From positions 1 through 17,632 of the forward strand of contig DIFC01000046.1 in NCBI GenBank assembly GCA_002418945.1: 17,632 nt of DNA, read 5' to 3'. The position numbers and the translations under genes are program-made. This stretch comes from Deltaproteobacteria bacterium UBA5758. Its GTDB lineage: Bacteria > Desulfobacterota > Syntrophorhabdia > Syntrophorhabdales > Syntrophorhabdaceae. Each line of letters opens with the position of its first letter. Position 1 is the stretch's first letter. The notes under the pieces are model-generated. The model was not told the origin of the DNA and made no database searches. It saw only the letters and a program-made list of their open reading frames with translations. Below, piece by piece: positions 7,711 to 15,971 of this stretch.

Positions 7711-9354
7711 ATGCGACCGCAACGTTATACAGATGAGATGGTTAAAGAATATTTGGATAAAGGCTACTGGACAAAGACTACCTACGCCGATCTGTTCGAA
7801 AGAAACGCTAAAGAGTATGCCCAAAAAGAAGCTTTTGTTGACGATTCGGGAAACAAATTTACATGGGCCGAGGCAAACCAGGCCGTAAACCGGCTTGCCT
7901 TGAAGCTTGTGGAACTGGGATATAACAAAGATGATACGCTTATGATCCAGCTCCCTAACCGCGTCGAGATCATCCTTATGCGCGTAGCATGCGAAAAGGC
8001 AGGGATCATCTCGATACCGGTGGTAAGGACCTTAAGACACGATGAAATAGGTTACATCCTGAAGCTTGCAGAGACAAAAGGCTATGTGGGCTTATGGAAA
8101 TTCAGAGATTTTGACTACTGGCAAATGATACAGGAGTTACGTCCAGGCCTGCCGGCATTAAAGAACATCTTTTTTTGCGGAGACGAGATCCCCGAAGGAG
8201 GAATCTCGATAAAAGAGGTCCTGGCAACCCCGATGGAGAAGAAATATTCAGTGGATGATTTGAAAAAGAGGCAGGTCCAGGTGGATGAAGTGGCATGGAT
8301 TGAGCTAAGCACGGGTACGACAGGTTTTCCCAAGGTTATACAGACGCCGATGGCGCTTGCTACATCGGTGTCTCCGTCGCATATGGCGAAGATCAAGATG
8401 ACCGGCGATGACGTAGCATGCGCCTTTGCCCCTATCTCAGGCGCAGGGCGCGGCCTCGCACGATTTACCCCTTTTGTGGCCGCGAAAGGAGTTTTGATGG
8501 AGCATTTTGATGCAGAAGATGCCTTCAAGCTCATAGAAAAGGAAAAGATATCGATACCAATGGTGGTGCCGGCCCAGCTTGCAATGATGCTCCAGAGCAC
8601 GAATTACACTAAATACGATCTGAGGTCACTCCGTGTATTCCAGGTTGCGGGCGCCCCGCTTCCTCCGCATATTGCAGAAGAGGTTGAGACAAGATTCAAA
8701 TGCCTTGTGGTGAACCATTACGGCGGCATGGATGCCGGTTCCCTGACAAGCGTCAGCGCAGATGATCCTGTGGAAGTGAGGCGCTTCTCCGTAGGAAAAC
8801 CCCACCCGGGAAATGAGATCAGATTGCTCGATGATAACGGGAAAGAGGTAAAACACGGAGAAGTCGGTGCAGTATATTTTAAGGGGCCTACCTCTGTCGG
8901 AGGATATTACAAAGATCCCGCAATGACAAAAGAGGCCTGGGGGGCAAATGGATTCAACATGGGCGACCTGGCAAAGTTCGATGAACAGGGGAATCTCTAT
9001 ATCGTAGGCAGAAAGAAAGACATCATAATCCGCGGCGGTTTTAATGTCTATCCCGCCGAGGTAGAGGCTATCCTTGTGACGCACCCAAAGGTGGAGGCGG
9101 CTGCAGTTGTCGGATACCCGGACCCGATAATGGGGGAAAGGGCGTGTGCCTATGTGGTGGTGAAGAAGGGCGAAACATTCACCTTTAAAGAGATGGGCGC
9201 CTATTTCAAAGAGAGGAAGATCAATCTTAACAAGACCCCGGAGAGGCTTGAGATCATAGAAAAGATGCCTCTTGTAGCCGATATGAAGCTGGACAAGAAG
9301 GTGCTGAAAGAAGACATACTTAACAAGGTCAAGAGTGAAGGCAAGGCCTCCTGA
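7711..9354 (+). CDS. AMP-dependent acyl/aryl-CoA synthetase or acyl-AMP ligase (2,3-dihydroxybenzoate-AMP ligase-like); candidate hydroxybenzoate-activating ligase
   Basis: 547 aa; LSTGTTGFPKVIQ (A3), GDLAKFDEQGNLYIVGRKKDIIIRGGFNVYPAEVE (A7/A8), MPLVADMKLDKKVLK (A10); GGAGG ribosome-binding site. Confidence 0.85.
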   Translation: MRPQRYTDEMVKEYLDKGYWTKTTYADLFERNAKEYAQKEAFVDDSGNKFTWAEANQAVNRLALKLVELGYNKDDTLMIQLPNRVEIILMRVACEKAGIISIPVVRTLRHDEIGYILKLAETKGYVGLWKFRDFDYWQMIQELRPGLPALKNIFFCGDEIPEGGISIKEVLATPMEKKYSVDDLKKRQVQVDEVAWIELSTGTTGFPKVIQTPMALATSVSPSHMAKIKMTGDDVACAFAPISGAGRGLARFTPFVAAKGVLMEHFDAEDAFKLIEKEKISIPMVVPAQLAMMLQSTNYTKYDLRSLRVFQVAGAPLPPHIAEEVETRFKCLVVNHYGGMDAGSLTSVSADDPVEVRRFSVGKPHPGNEIRLLDDNGKEVKHGEVGAVYFKGPTSVGGYYKDPAMTKEAWGANGFNMGDLAKFDEQGNLYIVGRKKDIIIRGGFNVYPAEVEAILVTHPKVEAAAVVGYPDPIMGERACAYVVVKKGETFTFKEMGAYFKERKINLNKTPERLEIIEKMPLVADMKLDKKVLKEDILNKVKSEGKAS

Positions 9355-9381
9355 GTTGTTAAGGGAGGTTATTCTATATCA

Positions 9382-9404
9382 ATAACTATCAGGAAGATAG
9401 TTAT
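9382..9404 (+). promoter_or_regulatory. Perfect inverted repeat/hairpin ATAACTATC-AGGAA-GATAGTTAT immediately upstream of the PpsA-like RBS
   Basis: 9-bp perfect stem, 5-nt loop, located between ligase stop (9354) and RBS GGGGG at about 9410-9414. Confidence 0.6.
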
Positions 9405-9418
9405 AAAAAGGGGGCATT

Positions 9419-11083
9419 ATGCATTATGGAAGGACACCGATGTGTTGGGAGATTACAGATTATGATCTTGAGCACTACCCTGTCTGGGTGAGGACGCCCG
9501 CTCACACAGAGCCGGTCATGACGCCGCTCTACTGTGAGTTCTGGTATGGGTACATGACGGACGGGATCCGCCGGGGCTGCGAATACATTTCGCTTCCCAC
9601 GACCCTTGGATATTACTGGAAGCTCTACAAGGGCCACGGTTATTTGACGCGGGCAATCCCGCTGGACAGCGAGATCCCCGCCAGGGAAAAAAGGTATCGT
9701 GAAATGGCGGCAAAGATCATTGATGATCCGTTCGGATTTTGCGACAGCATCTTTGCCAAGATGGATAAGCTCATGGAACCCTATTACGACATGAACCTTG
9801 AATCAATGACAAGGGGAGAGCTTATTGAGCATGTACACGATATGATCTACCTCCATACAAAAGCCATATACCTCTATTTTCAAGGCTGGTTTGGCGCAAC
9901 ACCGATGCCTGCGCTCTTTCAACAGCTTGCCGGGGAATTCACAGGTCTGAAGGCCACGGACCCGCTCTATTCAAAGCTGACGATAAGCATGGACAACCCT
10001 CTCTACAGGTCAAACCGGGGGATCGCCGACCTGGCGCGCCTGGCAATCGATTCAAAGATAGAGAAAAACCTGATGCTTCCCGACAATGAAGTAGTAAAAG
10101 CGATGGAACAGAGCGCGGCAGGAAAGAAATGGATTGAAGAGATGAAGAAATTTCTCAAGGTGCACGGATGGAAGCTGCTGCGCATGTACGAATTTGTTGA
10201 ACCGGGCTGGTATGAGGATCCGGCGATACTGATGCCCGATATAAAGAGATATATCGAAGTAGGTGGCGCGCACAAGATCGATGAAGATCGCGACGCAATG
10301 ACGAAAGAGAGGGATGAGTTGTCGAAGGAATTTCTTGCAAAGGTCCCCGAAGGCCAGCGGGACTGGATGGAAAAGCTCCTTGTGGCCGCACGCGCCGCAA
10401 ACCACTGGAGCGAGGGGGCGGCATGGCATGGTGAATTCAAACGCATGGCCTTCGGAAGGCGTTGTTTCATCGAATGCGGCAAGAGGATGGTCCAGGATGG
10501 AGCCCTCAATGATGTGAACGATGTATTTATGCTGTTCACCGATGAGATCATTTCCGCCGTCGGCAACCGGGAAAAGGGACGCTATGTACAGCTTGTCCAG
10601 GACAGGCGCAAGGAATGGGAAGGCTATAAGGCGCTCACATATGGTTCGGACGAAGTGCCCCCGGTTCTGGGCGACCCCAATGCCATCATGCCGATGCTCA
10701 AATTTGATCCCACGCTTACCGTGAGCATCTCTATGCCCATCGAAGATCCTGAAAAGGTGGGAGCCGTCTGCGTCGGCGGGGCAGGGAGCCCCGGTGTAGT
10801 TGAGGGGATCGCAAAGGTCATCTTTGATGAATCACAGTGGAAGGAGATCCAGAAAGGCGACATCATGGTCTGCCCCATGACAAGCGCCACGTGGACCCCG
10901 CTATTCGGTATTATCAAAGGGTTGGTATGCAATAGCGGAGGCTCTTTATCGCACCCGGTTATTGTGAGCCGCGAATATGGTATACCGGCAGTGGTCGGAA
11001 CGGGTGATGCTACCATGAAGATCAAGACAGGAGATAAGTTAAGGATCGACGGGAACCTCCTGAGGGTTTACAAGATAAGCTGA
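9419..11083 (+). CDS. PEP-utilizing enzyme mobile (phosphohistidine) domain protein; probable phenylphosphate synthase alpha-like subunit (PpsA-like)
   Basis: 554 aa; C-terminal GGSLSHPVIVSREYGIPAVVGTGDATMKIKTGDKLRIDG matches the swivelling phosphohistidine domain; no N-terminal ATP-binding domain. Confidence 0.82.
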   Translation: MHYGRTPMCWEITDYDLEHYPVWVRTPAHTEPVMTPLYCEFWYGYMTDGIRRGCEYISLPTTLGYYWKLYKGHGYLTRAIPLDSEIPAREKRYREMAAKIIDDPFGFCDSIFAKMDKLMEPYYDMNLESMTRGELIEHVHDMIYLHTKAIYLYFQGWFGATPMPALFQQLAGEFTGLKATDPLYSKLTISMDNPLYRSNRGIADLARLAIDSKIEKNLMLPDNEVVKAMEQSAAGKKWIEEMKKFLKVHGWKLLRMYEFVEPGWYEDPAILMPDIKRYIEVGGAHKIDEDRDAMTKERDELSKEFLAKVPEGQRDWMEKLLVAARAANHWSEGAAWHGEFKRMAFGRRCFIECGKRMVQDGALNDVNDVFMLFTDEIISAVGNREKGRYVQLVQDRRKEWEGYKALTYGSDEVPPVLGDPNAIMPMLKFDPTLTVSISMPIEDPEKVGAVCVGGAGSPGVVEGIAKVIFDESQWKEIQKGDIMVCPMTSATWTPLFGIIKGLVCNSGGSLSHPVIVSREYGIPAVVGTGDATMKIKTGDKLRIDGNLLRVYKIS

Positions 11084-11214
11084 TAGCGGGAAGCATAAAT
11101 CCAGGGAGCTTTTAAGCGGATAAAGAACAGGCAGGTCAGCGCCCGTAATGATGATTGCGGTTAGGCGCAGTGCTGAAGGCTCAAGGTTTATAAACTTATT
11201 TCGGAGGGTGAGCT

Positions 11215-12624
11215 ATGAAAGATTTACGAGACTTTATAGCCAAATGCGAGCAGGAAGGCGAGCTCCGTCGCATTAAGGCGGAGGTAGATTGGAATTTGGA
11301 ACTATCCCACGTAGCCAAAAAGAATGAAGAGCTGGGTGGCGGGTCCGCACTCCTCTTTGAGAATGTCAAGGGTTATAAAATACCGGTTTTTATAAGCGCA
11401 TTCACAAGACCCAGGCGGATGGCGATCGCCATGGGACAGCCGGTGCATTACTCCATGCAGGACCTGTCCCGGGAGTGGATGAATTTAGTCACCAAAAAGC
11501 TTATAAAGCCGAAGATGGTAAAGAAGGCCCCCCTCATGGAAAACGTACAGGCAGGGGATAAGGTCAACCTCTATGATCTGCCTGCCCCCTTCTTCAACAT
11601 ATTAGATGGGGGGAGATTTATCGGTACCGCTGTGTATCTCGTAACCAAAGACCCGGAGACAGGCTGGGTCAATCTTGGAACCTATCGGATGCAGATTCAC
11701 GAGAAGAACAAATGCGGAGTTCAGATCATTAAAGGCAAGCACGGCGACCTGATGCTTCAAAAATATAGAGCAAAAAAGCAAAAAATGCCTGCCGTGGCGG
11801 TCATTGGTGGTGACCCTCTACTGTATCTTGTCTCGAGTTGCATGGTTTCTGCCCAGACAGACGAATATGATATTGCAAGCACGCTGCGAGGGGAACCTAT
11901 AGACATCATAGAGAGCGACCTGACGGGTCTGCCCCTTCCGGCATATGCCGAAATTGCCTTAGAGGGAGAAATAGACCCGGACAACCTCATAACAGAAGGC
12001 CCCTTTGGTGAATACACCGGCTATTACTCGGGCAAGCCATCACCGAAGATATTTCTCGACGTGAAAAGGGTGCTGCACAGGAACAATCCCATCTTCTGGG
12101 CAACTGCTGTTGGAAGGCCGCCAAACGATGTAGTAATGATCCAGTCGCTTAACCGTACTGCGAGCCTATGGGCGGACTTGAAAGATATGAAGATCCCGGG
12201 AATAAAGGCCGTCCATGTTCCCGCTTCATCGTCCGGCAGGTACTGGGCAATCGTATCCGTCAAGCAACAGTATCCGGGCCATTCCATGCAGGTAGGAACG
12301 GCGGTTATTTCTACTACAACAGGAAGCTACGGCCTCAAGGGAGTTATTGTTGTAGGGGATGATATTGATGTTGAAAATTGGGATCAGATCATCTGGGCGC
12401 TTTCTGTGAGGTTTGACCCTGCACGTTCTGCGCAGATCATAAACAGGGGACGTTCAACTCCCCTGGATCCTTCCCTCCCTGTTGCGGCACGGGAGATCAC
12501 CTCGAGAATAATCATGGACGCTTGCACCCCATTTGAATGGAAAGAAATGCCGGTTCCCGTTGATCCGGATAAGGCAACAACAGAAAAGGTGGAGAAGAGA
12601 TGGAAAGAAATTTTTCCTGATTGA
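11215..12624 (+). CDS. UbiD-family decarboxylase/carboxylase (candidate phenylphosphate carboxylase or hydroxybenzoate decarboxylase-like enzyme)
   Basis: 469 aa; MKDLRDFIAKCEQEGELRRI N-terminus, AEIALEGEI...EGPFGEYTGYYSGKPSPKIF UbiD signature, ITSRIIMDA C-terminal segment; CGGAGG ribosome-binding site. Confidence 0.9.
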   Translation: MKDLRDFIAKCEQEGELRRIKAEVDWNLELSHVAKKNEELGGGSALLFENVKGYKIPVFISAFTRPRRMAIAMGQPVHYSMQDLSREWMNLVTKKLIKPKMVKKAPLMENVQAGDKVNLYDLPAPFFNILDGGRFIGTAVYLVTKDPETGWVNLGTYRMQIHEKNKCGVQIIKGKHGDLMLQKYRAKKQKMPAVAVIGGDPLLYLVSSCMVSAQTDEYDIASTLRGEPIDIIESDLTGLPLPAYAEIALEGEIDPDNLITEGPFGEYTGYYSGKPSPKIFLDVKRVLHRNNPIFWATAVGRPPNDVVMIQSLNRTASLWADLKDMKIPGIKAVHVPASSSGRYWAIVSVKQQYPGHSMQVGTAVISTTTGSYGLKGVIVVGDDIDVENWDQIIWALSVRFDPARSAQIINRGRSTPLDPSLPVAAREITSRIIMDACTPFEWKEMPVPVDPDKATTEKVEKRWKEIFPD

Positions 12625-12659
12625 ACATGCTGAAAGTTCCTGCACAATGGTTTACATCG

Positions 12660-12686
12660 AAGAGACCCCGCGGCCCGGGGTCTCTT
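12660..12686. terminator. Strong GC-rich hairpin AAGAGACCCCG-CGGCC-CGGGGTCTCTT between convergent genes, possibly bidirectional terminator
   Basis: 11-bp perfect stem, 5-nt loop, 35 bp after the UbiD stop and 36 bp from the MBL stop; lacks a long U tract. Confidence 0.65.
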
Positions 12687-12722
12687 CTCATTTGACCCCG
12701 GCCTGCAGCCCCGCCAACTCCA

Positions 12723-13700
12723 TCATATCCTCGAGTATACTATCTTTTTTTCTCTTGTCTCCTTTTTTATCATCCCTTTTCCTTCAAGGTATTTTAAATG
12801 GGCGATCGCCTCACCGGTAGCGAAAAATTTCTGCATGGCAGGAAAAGAACCCCAGGAGTCGCAATCAATATTCCATGTCATCTGCGATGCCACCTGGTAG
12901 GCATTTTGGCTGCATTCCTTCAGTATGGAGATAATTTCATTGCTCCGCTGCCTGTGATGGTCTTTCAATTCCCTGATCCTTTCTTTGCAATTCCTGAAGC
13001 TGCCTTTGTGGCCAGGCAAAACAAGTTTGATATCCAGTTCATACACCCTGTCCAGGCTTAAGAGGTATTCCTCCAAGGGGTTCGCGGCGTCATATCTTGA
13101 CAAAATAGAAGGCGTTATCTCATTGAGGAGATGATCTCCTGATATAAAGATCTTCTTATCGGGCTCGTATAGACACATATGGCCCCTGCTGTGACCAGGC
13201 GTTGCTACACATTGGAATCGGTATTCCCCTGCCTCTAATCTGTCTCCATCTGCCAGAAACGTAAAGGGGAGGGGTTTCCTCCACCAGTGGTCATGAACGG
13301 GGCGGAAAGTGAGGGCTTCCTGAAGCTCATCCTCGGGGAAACCGCTCATTCGGCCGGAATCAGTGAGCTCTTGCAAAAAATTGCCGGACCTCACCCAATC
13401 AATGCCGGCAGACTCTGTTTTGTTAAAGTATATGGTTGAGTTATCGGATATTAATGTGGGGGCAAGGCCGAAATGATCCATGTGAAAATGGGTAATGAAA
13501 AGGTCTGTTCTTTCCAGATCTACTCCAAGCTTCTCCAAACTTTTATGCATTGCCTGCCGGCCTTCTTCATTGTCCATCCCTGTATCGATAATCAGATTCC
13601 TGTTTTTTGCCTTGATGATATATGAGTTGACAAACTGCAAAACCATATCGGGAAGGGGAATCTCAATCTTGTATAAGTTTGCAGCGATTTGTTCTATCAT
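12723..13700 (-). CDS. MBL-fold metallo-hydrolase with C-terminal winged-helix-like region (glyoxalase II/LACTB2-like)
   Basis: THFHMDHFG, ATPGHSRGHMCLY, FISGDHLL, LVLPGHKG metal-binding motifs; ATG at 13700. Confidence 0.88.
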   Translation of the reverse strand: MIEQIAANLYKIEIPLPDMVLQFVNSYIIKAKNRNLIIDTGMDNEEGRQAMHKSLEKLGVDLERTDLFITHFHMDHFGLAPTLISDNSTIYFNKTESAGIDWVRSGNFLQELTDSGRMSGFPEDELQEALTFRPVHDHWWRKPLPFTFLADGDRLEAGEYRFQCVATPGHSRGHMCLYEPDKKIFISGDHLLNEITPSILSRYDAANPLEEYLLSLDRVYELDIKLVLPGHKGSFRNCKERIRELKDHHRQRSNEIISILKECSQNAYQVASQMTWNIDCDSWGSFPAMQKFFATGEAIAHLKYLEGKGMIKKETREKKIVYSRI

Positions 13701-13880
13701 CAACCTGACCTGCCTTGCATTATTGTACTGCTAACGGCGCTGCCGCATGTATGTTTTTCGCTGAAAGTGAGGGTACAACAGCCCGGGCAACGGGGTCAAG
13801 CCTTTTATTTTTGCATGTCAAGATTTCCCCGCGAGAAGCCGGTGAGTGGCCGGATGATGGGCGGGTACAGATTTTGATCC

Positions 13881-13990
13881 CCCCCTCACCCTTGACCCTC
13901 TTCCGCCAGGGGAGAGAGAACGGTGTTGCCTAATGAAAAGAGAACACACCAGTACTTATACACCGGCCCTCTAACGCGAGGGAAGGGATA
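13881..13990. repeat. Possible degenerate palindromic intergenic repeat (CCCTC...GAGGG type) with two imperfect/short hairpins
   Basis: CCCCCTCACCCTTGACCCTCTTCCGCCAGGGGAGAG and CCCTC-TAACGC-GAGGG (13967-13982) in a 495-bp non-coding gap; resembles common proteobacterial CCCTCACCC...GGGAGAGGG intergenic elements. Confidence 0.35.
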
Positions 13991-14195
13991 ACCTTACCCA
14001 ATCTGTAGGCTGGGACCTTCTGTAAATTATCATGCTAAATTGATCCAGTATTTTCACGAAAGCTGGTCCACCTGCATTATCCTGCCTTCTATCAGCAAAA
14101 CATGATAGGAGGAGAAAGGTGGTCAGCATAGAAGACGAACGCACAATATGTGGTGTAGGAAAAACAGGTGAACTGAAATTCATGAAAAAGTTGCA

Positions 14196-15338
14196 TCATG
14201 TATAGTTCTCGAGGAGAAGAGACAATGTCCGTTCGATACTGCCAGGTTCTTTCTCTTCAATTTCCCTTATCGCTTTCTTGATGCGGGCATAGGTGTATTT
14301 ATCCTGCAAGTCGCTGGTACTCTCATACATTCCTGTCATTCTCCCGTATCGATAAACAAGCCTTTGCTCTTCAGTCAGTGCAAAAAAGTCATTGATTACG
14401 GACAATAGATGATCTTTATCTTCGGGAAGCTTGCCATCCACCTCTTGAAGGAGATTAAAGATGTGGTCGCTTTTTATGTGGCTGGTTATGCCTTCAAGCC
14501 GTTCTATAATGGACTTTTCCTCAACAAGAACCTCCTCTTCATGCAGTATTGTGAAATCACCACTTTCTACTTTTTGGTAGAGTGGCATCCCTCTCAATAC
14601 CTTCAAGGTCCTAAAGCGAATGAACGCCGGATTAATCCTGTTTAACGTATCAGAAGTTTCTGAGACATGCTCCTTCCACCATCTTTTGCCTCCTAGTCCA
14701 AGGATCACATACTCTGAGAGCTCGATGCCTGATTCCTTTACTTTTTGCGCACAATCAATATGCTCCTCTTTTGTTACCCCTTTGTTCATATACTTTAGGA
14801 GAAGATTACTTCCCGTTTCAAGACCGATGTGAAGCCTTGTCAGACCTGCTTCCCGCATTCTTACAAGGTCATCAACGGTAAATCGTTTTGCAATGGTGCG
14901 GGAACGGGCGTAGGAAGTTATTCTTTCGATAGAGGGAAATTGTTCTTTCAAGTATGAAAGGGCTTCAATAAAATCTCCGGGCTTCATGACCAGAGAATCA
15001 GCATCCTGAATAAAAACGTTCCGGCCCCCAGAATAGAGCCAGATTGCAATGCTTGCAAAGTATTCGTTGTAGAAATATGTTGAGGTGATGATGTTGAGAA
15101 AGTTGTCGTTAATAGCCCCGCCGAAGCCTTTTTCCCACGACAGGGCAACGATTTCGTCCCGTATTTTACGGATAGAATCAATGTCTTTTTTAATTTCTTC
15201 AACGCTGCGTTTTTCGAATCTATTATTTTTAAAGGTTCTGCAGAAGAGACACTTATTCCATGGACAATTTCTTGTAAATCTCACAAGGAGACTGCCTGCT
15301 TCGTTTGGTGGTCGTATCGGCCCTATTTCGTTATACAA
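14196..15338 (-). CDS. Radical SAM protein of unknown function
   Basis: 380 aa; TRNCPWNKCLFC cluster motif, LTRLHIGLETGSN, VSETSDTLNRINPAFIRFRTL; likely TTG start, 24 bp after the ubiX stop. Confidence 0.82.
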   Translation of the reverse strand: MYNEIGPIRPPNEAGSLLVRFTRNCPWNKCLFCRTFKNNRFEKRSVEEIKKDIDSIRKIRDEIVALSWEKGFGGAINDNFLNIITSTYFYNEYFASIAIWLYSGGRNVFIQDADSLVMKPGDFIEALSYLKEQFPSIERITSYARSRTIAKRFTVDDLVRMREAGLTRLHIGLETGSNLLLKYMNKGVTKEEHIDCAQKVKESGIELSEYVILGLGGKRWWKEHVSETSDTLNRINPAFIRFRTLKVLRGMPLYQKVESGDFTILHEEEVLVEEKSIIERLEGITSHIKSDHIFNLLQEVDGKLPEDKDHLLSVINDFFALTEEQRLVYRYGRMTGMYESTSDLQDKYTYARIKKAIREIEEKEPGSIERTLSLLLENYT

Positions 15339-15362
15339 TGAGACACCATTACATTCTAAAGA

Positions 15363-15971
15363 TCAGGTTCTCCGGTTTCCAACACTTTGTGCGAGTTCAA
15401 TCTTGTTCGCGGCCTCCCCCTCCCATCTTTGAAAGAGATTGTGATCTATATCCATAAGGTCCAGTATCTTGCCCACGATGTGATCTATAAGATCCTCGAT
15501 TTTTCTTGGATAATGATAAAAGGCAGGAACAGGGGGTAGAATTACGCCGCCCCGGTCGGCTACTTTAGTCATTAACTCAAGATGGCCCTTGTGAAGAGGT
15601 GTTTCCCTGACTACCAAAACAAGTCGCCGCCCTTCCTTCAGCATTACATCGGCTGCCCTTGTAATAAGGTTGTCATTATAGGAACTGGCTACGCCAGATA
15701 ACGTTTTGATGGTACACGGGACGATTACCATTCCGTCTGTTTTGAAGGACCCGCTTGAGATAGAAGCCGCCATATCCTTGGGGTTATAAAGCCTCGAAGC
15801 AAACTTTTTGACGTCTTTTACTGTCATATCGGTCTCAATGATAATATTTTGCTCGGCTGCTTCAGACATCACAACGTGTGACTCGATATCCGTGTCTTGC
15901 AACACTTCCAGTAGCCTCACGCCATAAATGACCCCGGTTGCCCCCGTGATTCCTACGATGATTTTCTTCAT
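15363..15971 (-). CDS. ubiX: Flavin prenyltransferase UbiX
   Basis: MKKIIVGITGATGVIYGVRLLEVL, SISSGSFKTDGMVIVPCTIKTLSGVA, ETPLHKGHLELM, PVPAFYHYPRKIEDLIDHIVGKILDLM; ATG at 15971 with AGGAGG 7 nt upstream. Confidence 0.95.
   Translation of the reverse strand: MKKIIVGITGATGVIYGVRLLEVLQDTDIESHVVMSEAAEQNIIIETDMTVKDVKKFASRLYNPKDMAASISSGSFKTDGMVIVPCTIKTLSGVASSYNDNLITRAADVMLKEGRRLVLVVRETPLHKGHLELMTKVADRGGVILPPVPAFYHYPRKIEDLIDHIVGKILDLMDIDHNLFQRWEGEAANKIELAQSVGNRRT

Noticed and set aside
10003-10566. 187-aa ORF on the minus strand
   Set aside because: Fully antisense to the well-supported PpsA-like CDS; no recognisable domain; low-complexity serine/arginine-rich translation typical of antisense artefacts
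11103-11118. GG-N10-GC pair upstream of the UbiD gene (AGGGAGCTTTTAAGCG)
   Set aside because: Only the invariant dinucleotides and one other position match; overall 5/12 to consensus, likely chance
11149-11280. Short ORF starting ATGATGATTGCG in the gap before UbiD
   Set aside because: It runs out of frame into the UbiD start, has no Shine-Dalgarno and no recognisable product
13971-14183. 70-aa minus-strand ORF in the non-coding gap
   Set aside because: No RBS or domain; overlaps the degenerate repeat; best treated as non-coding
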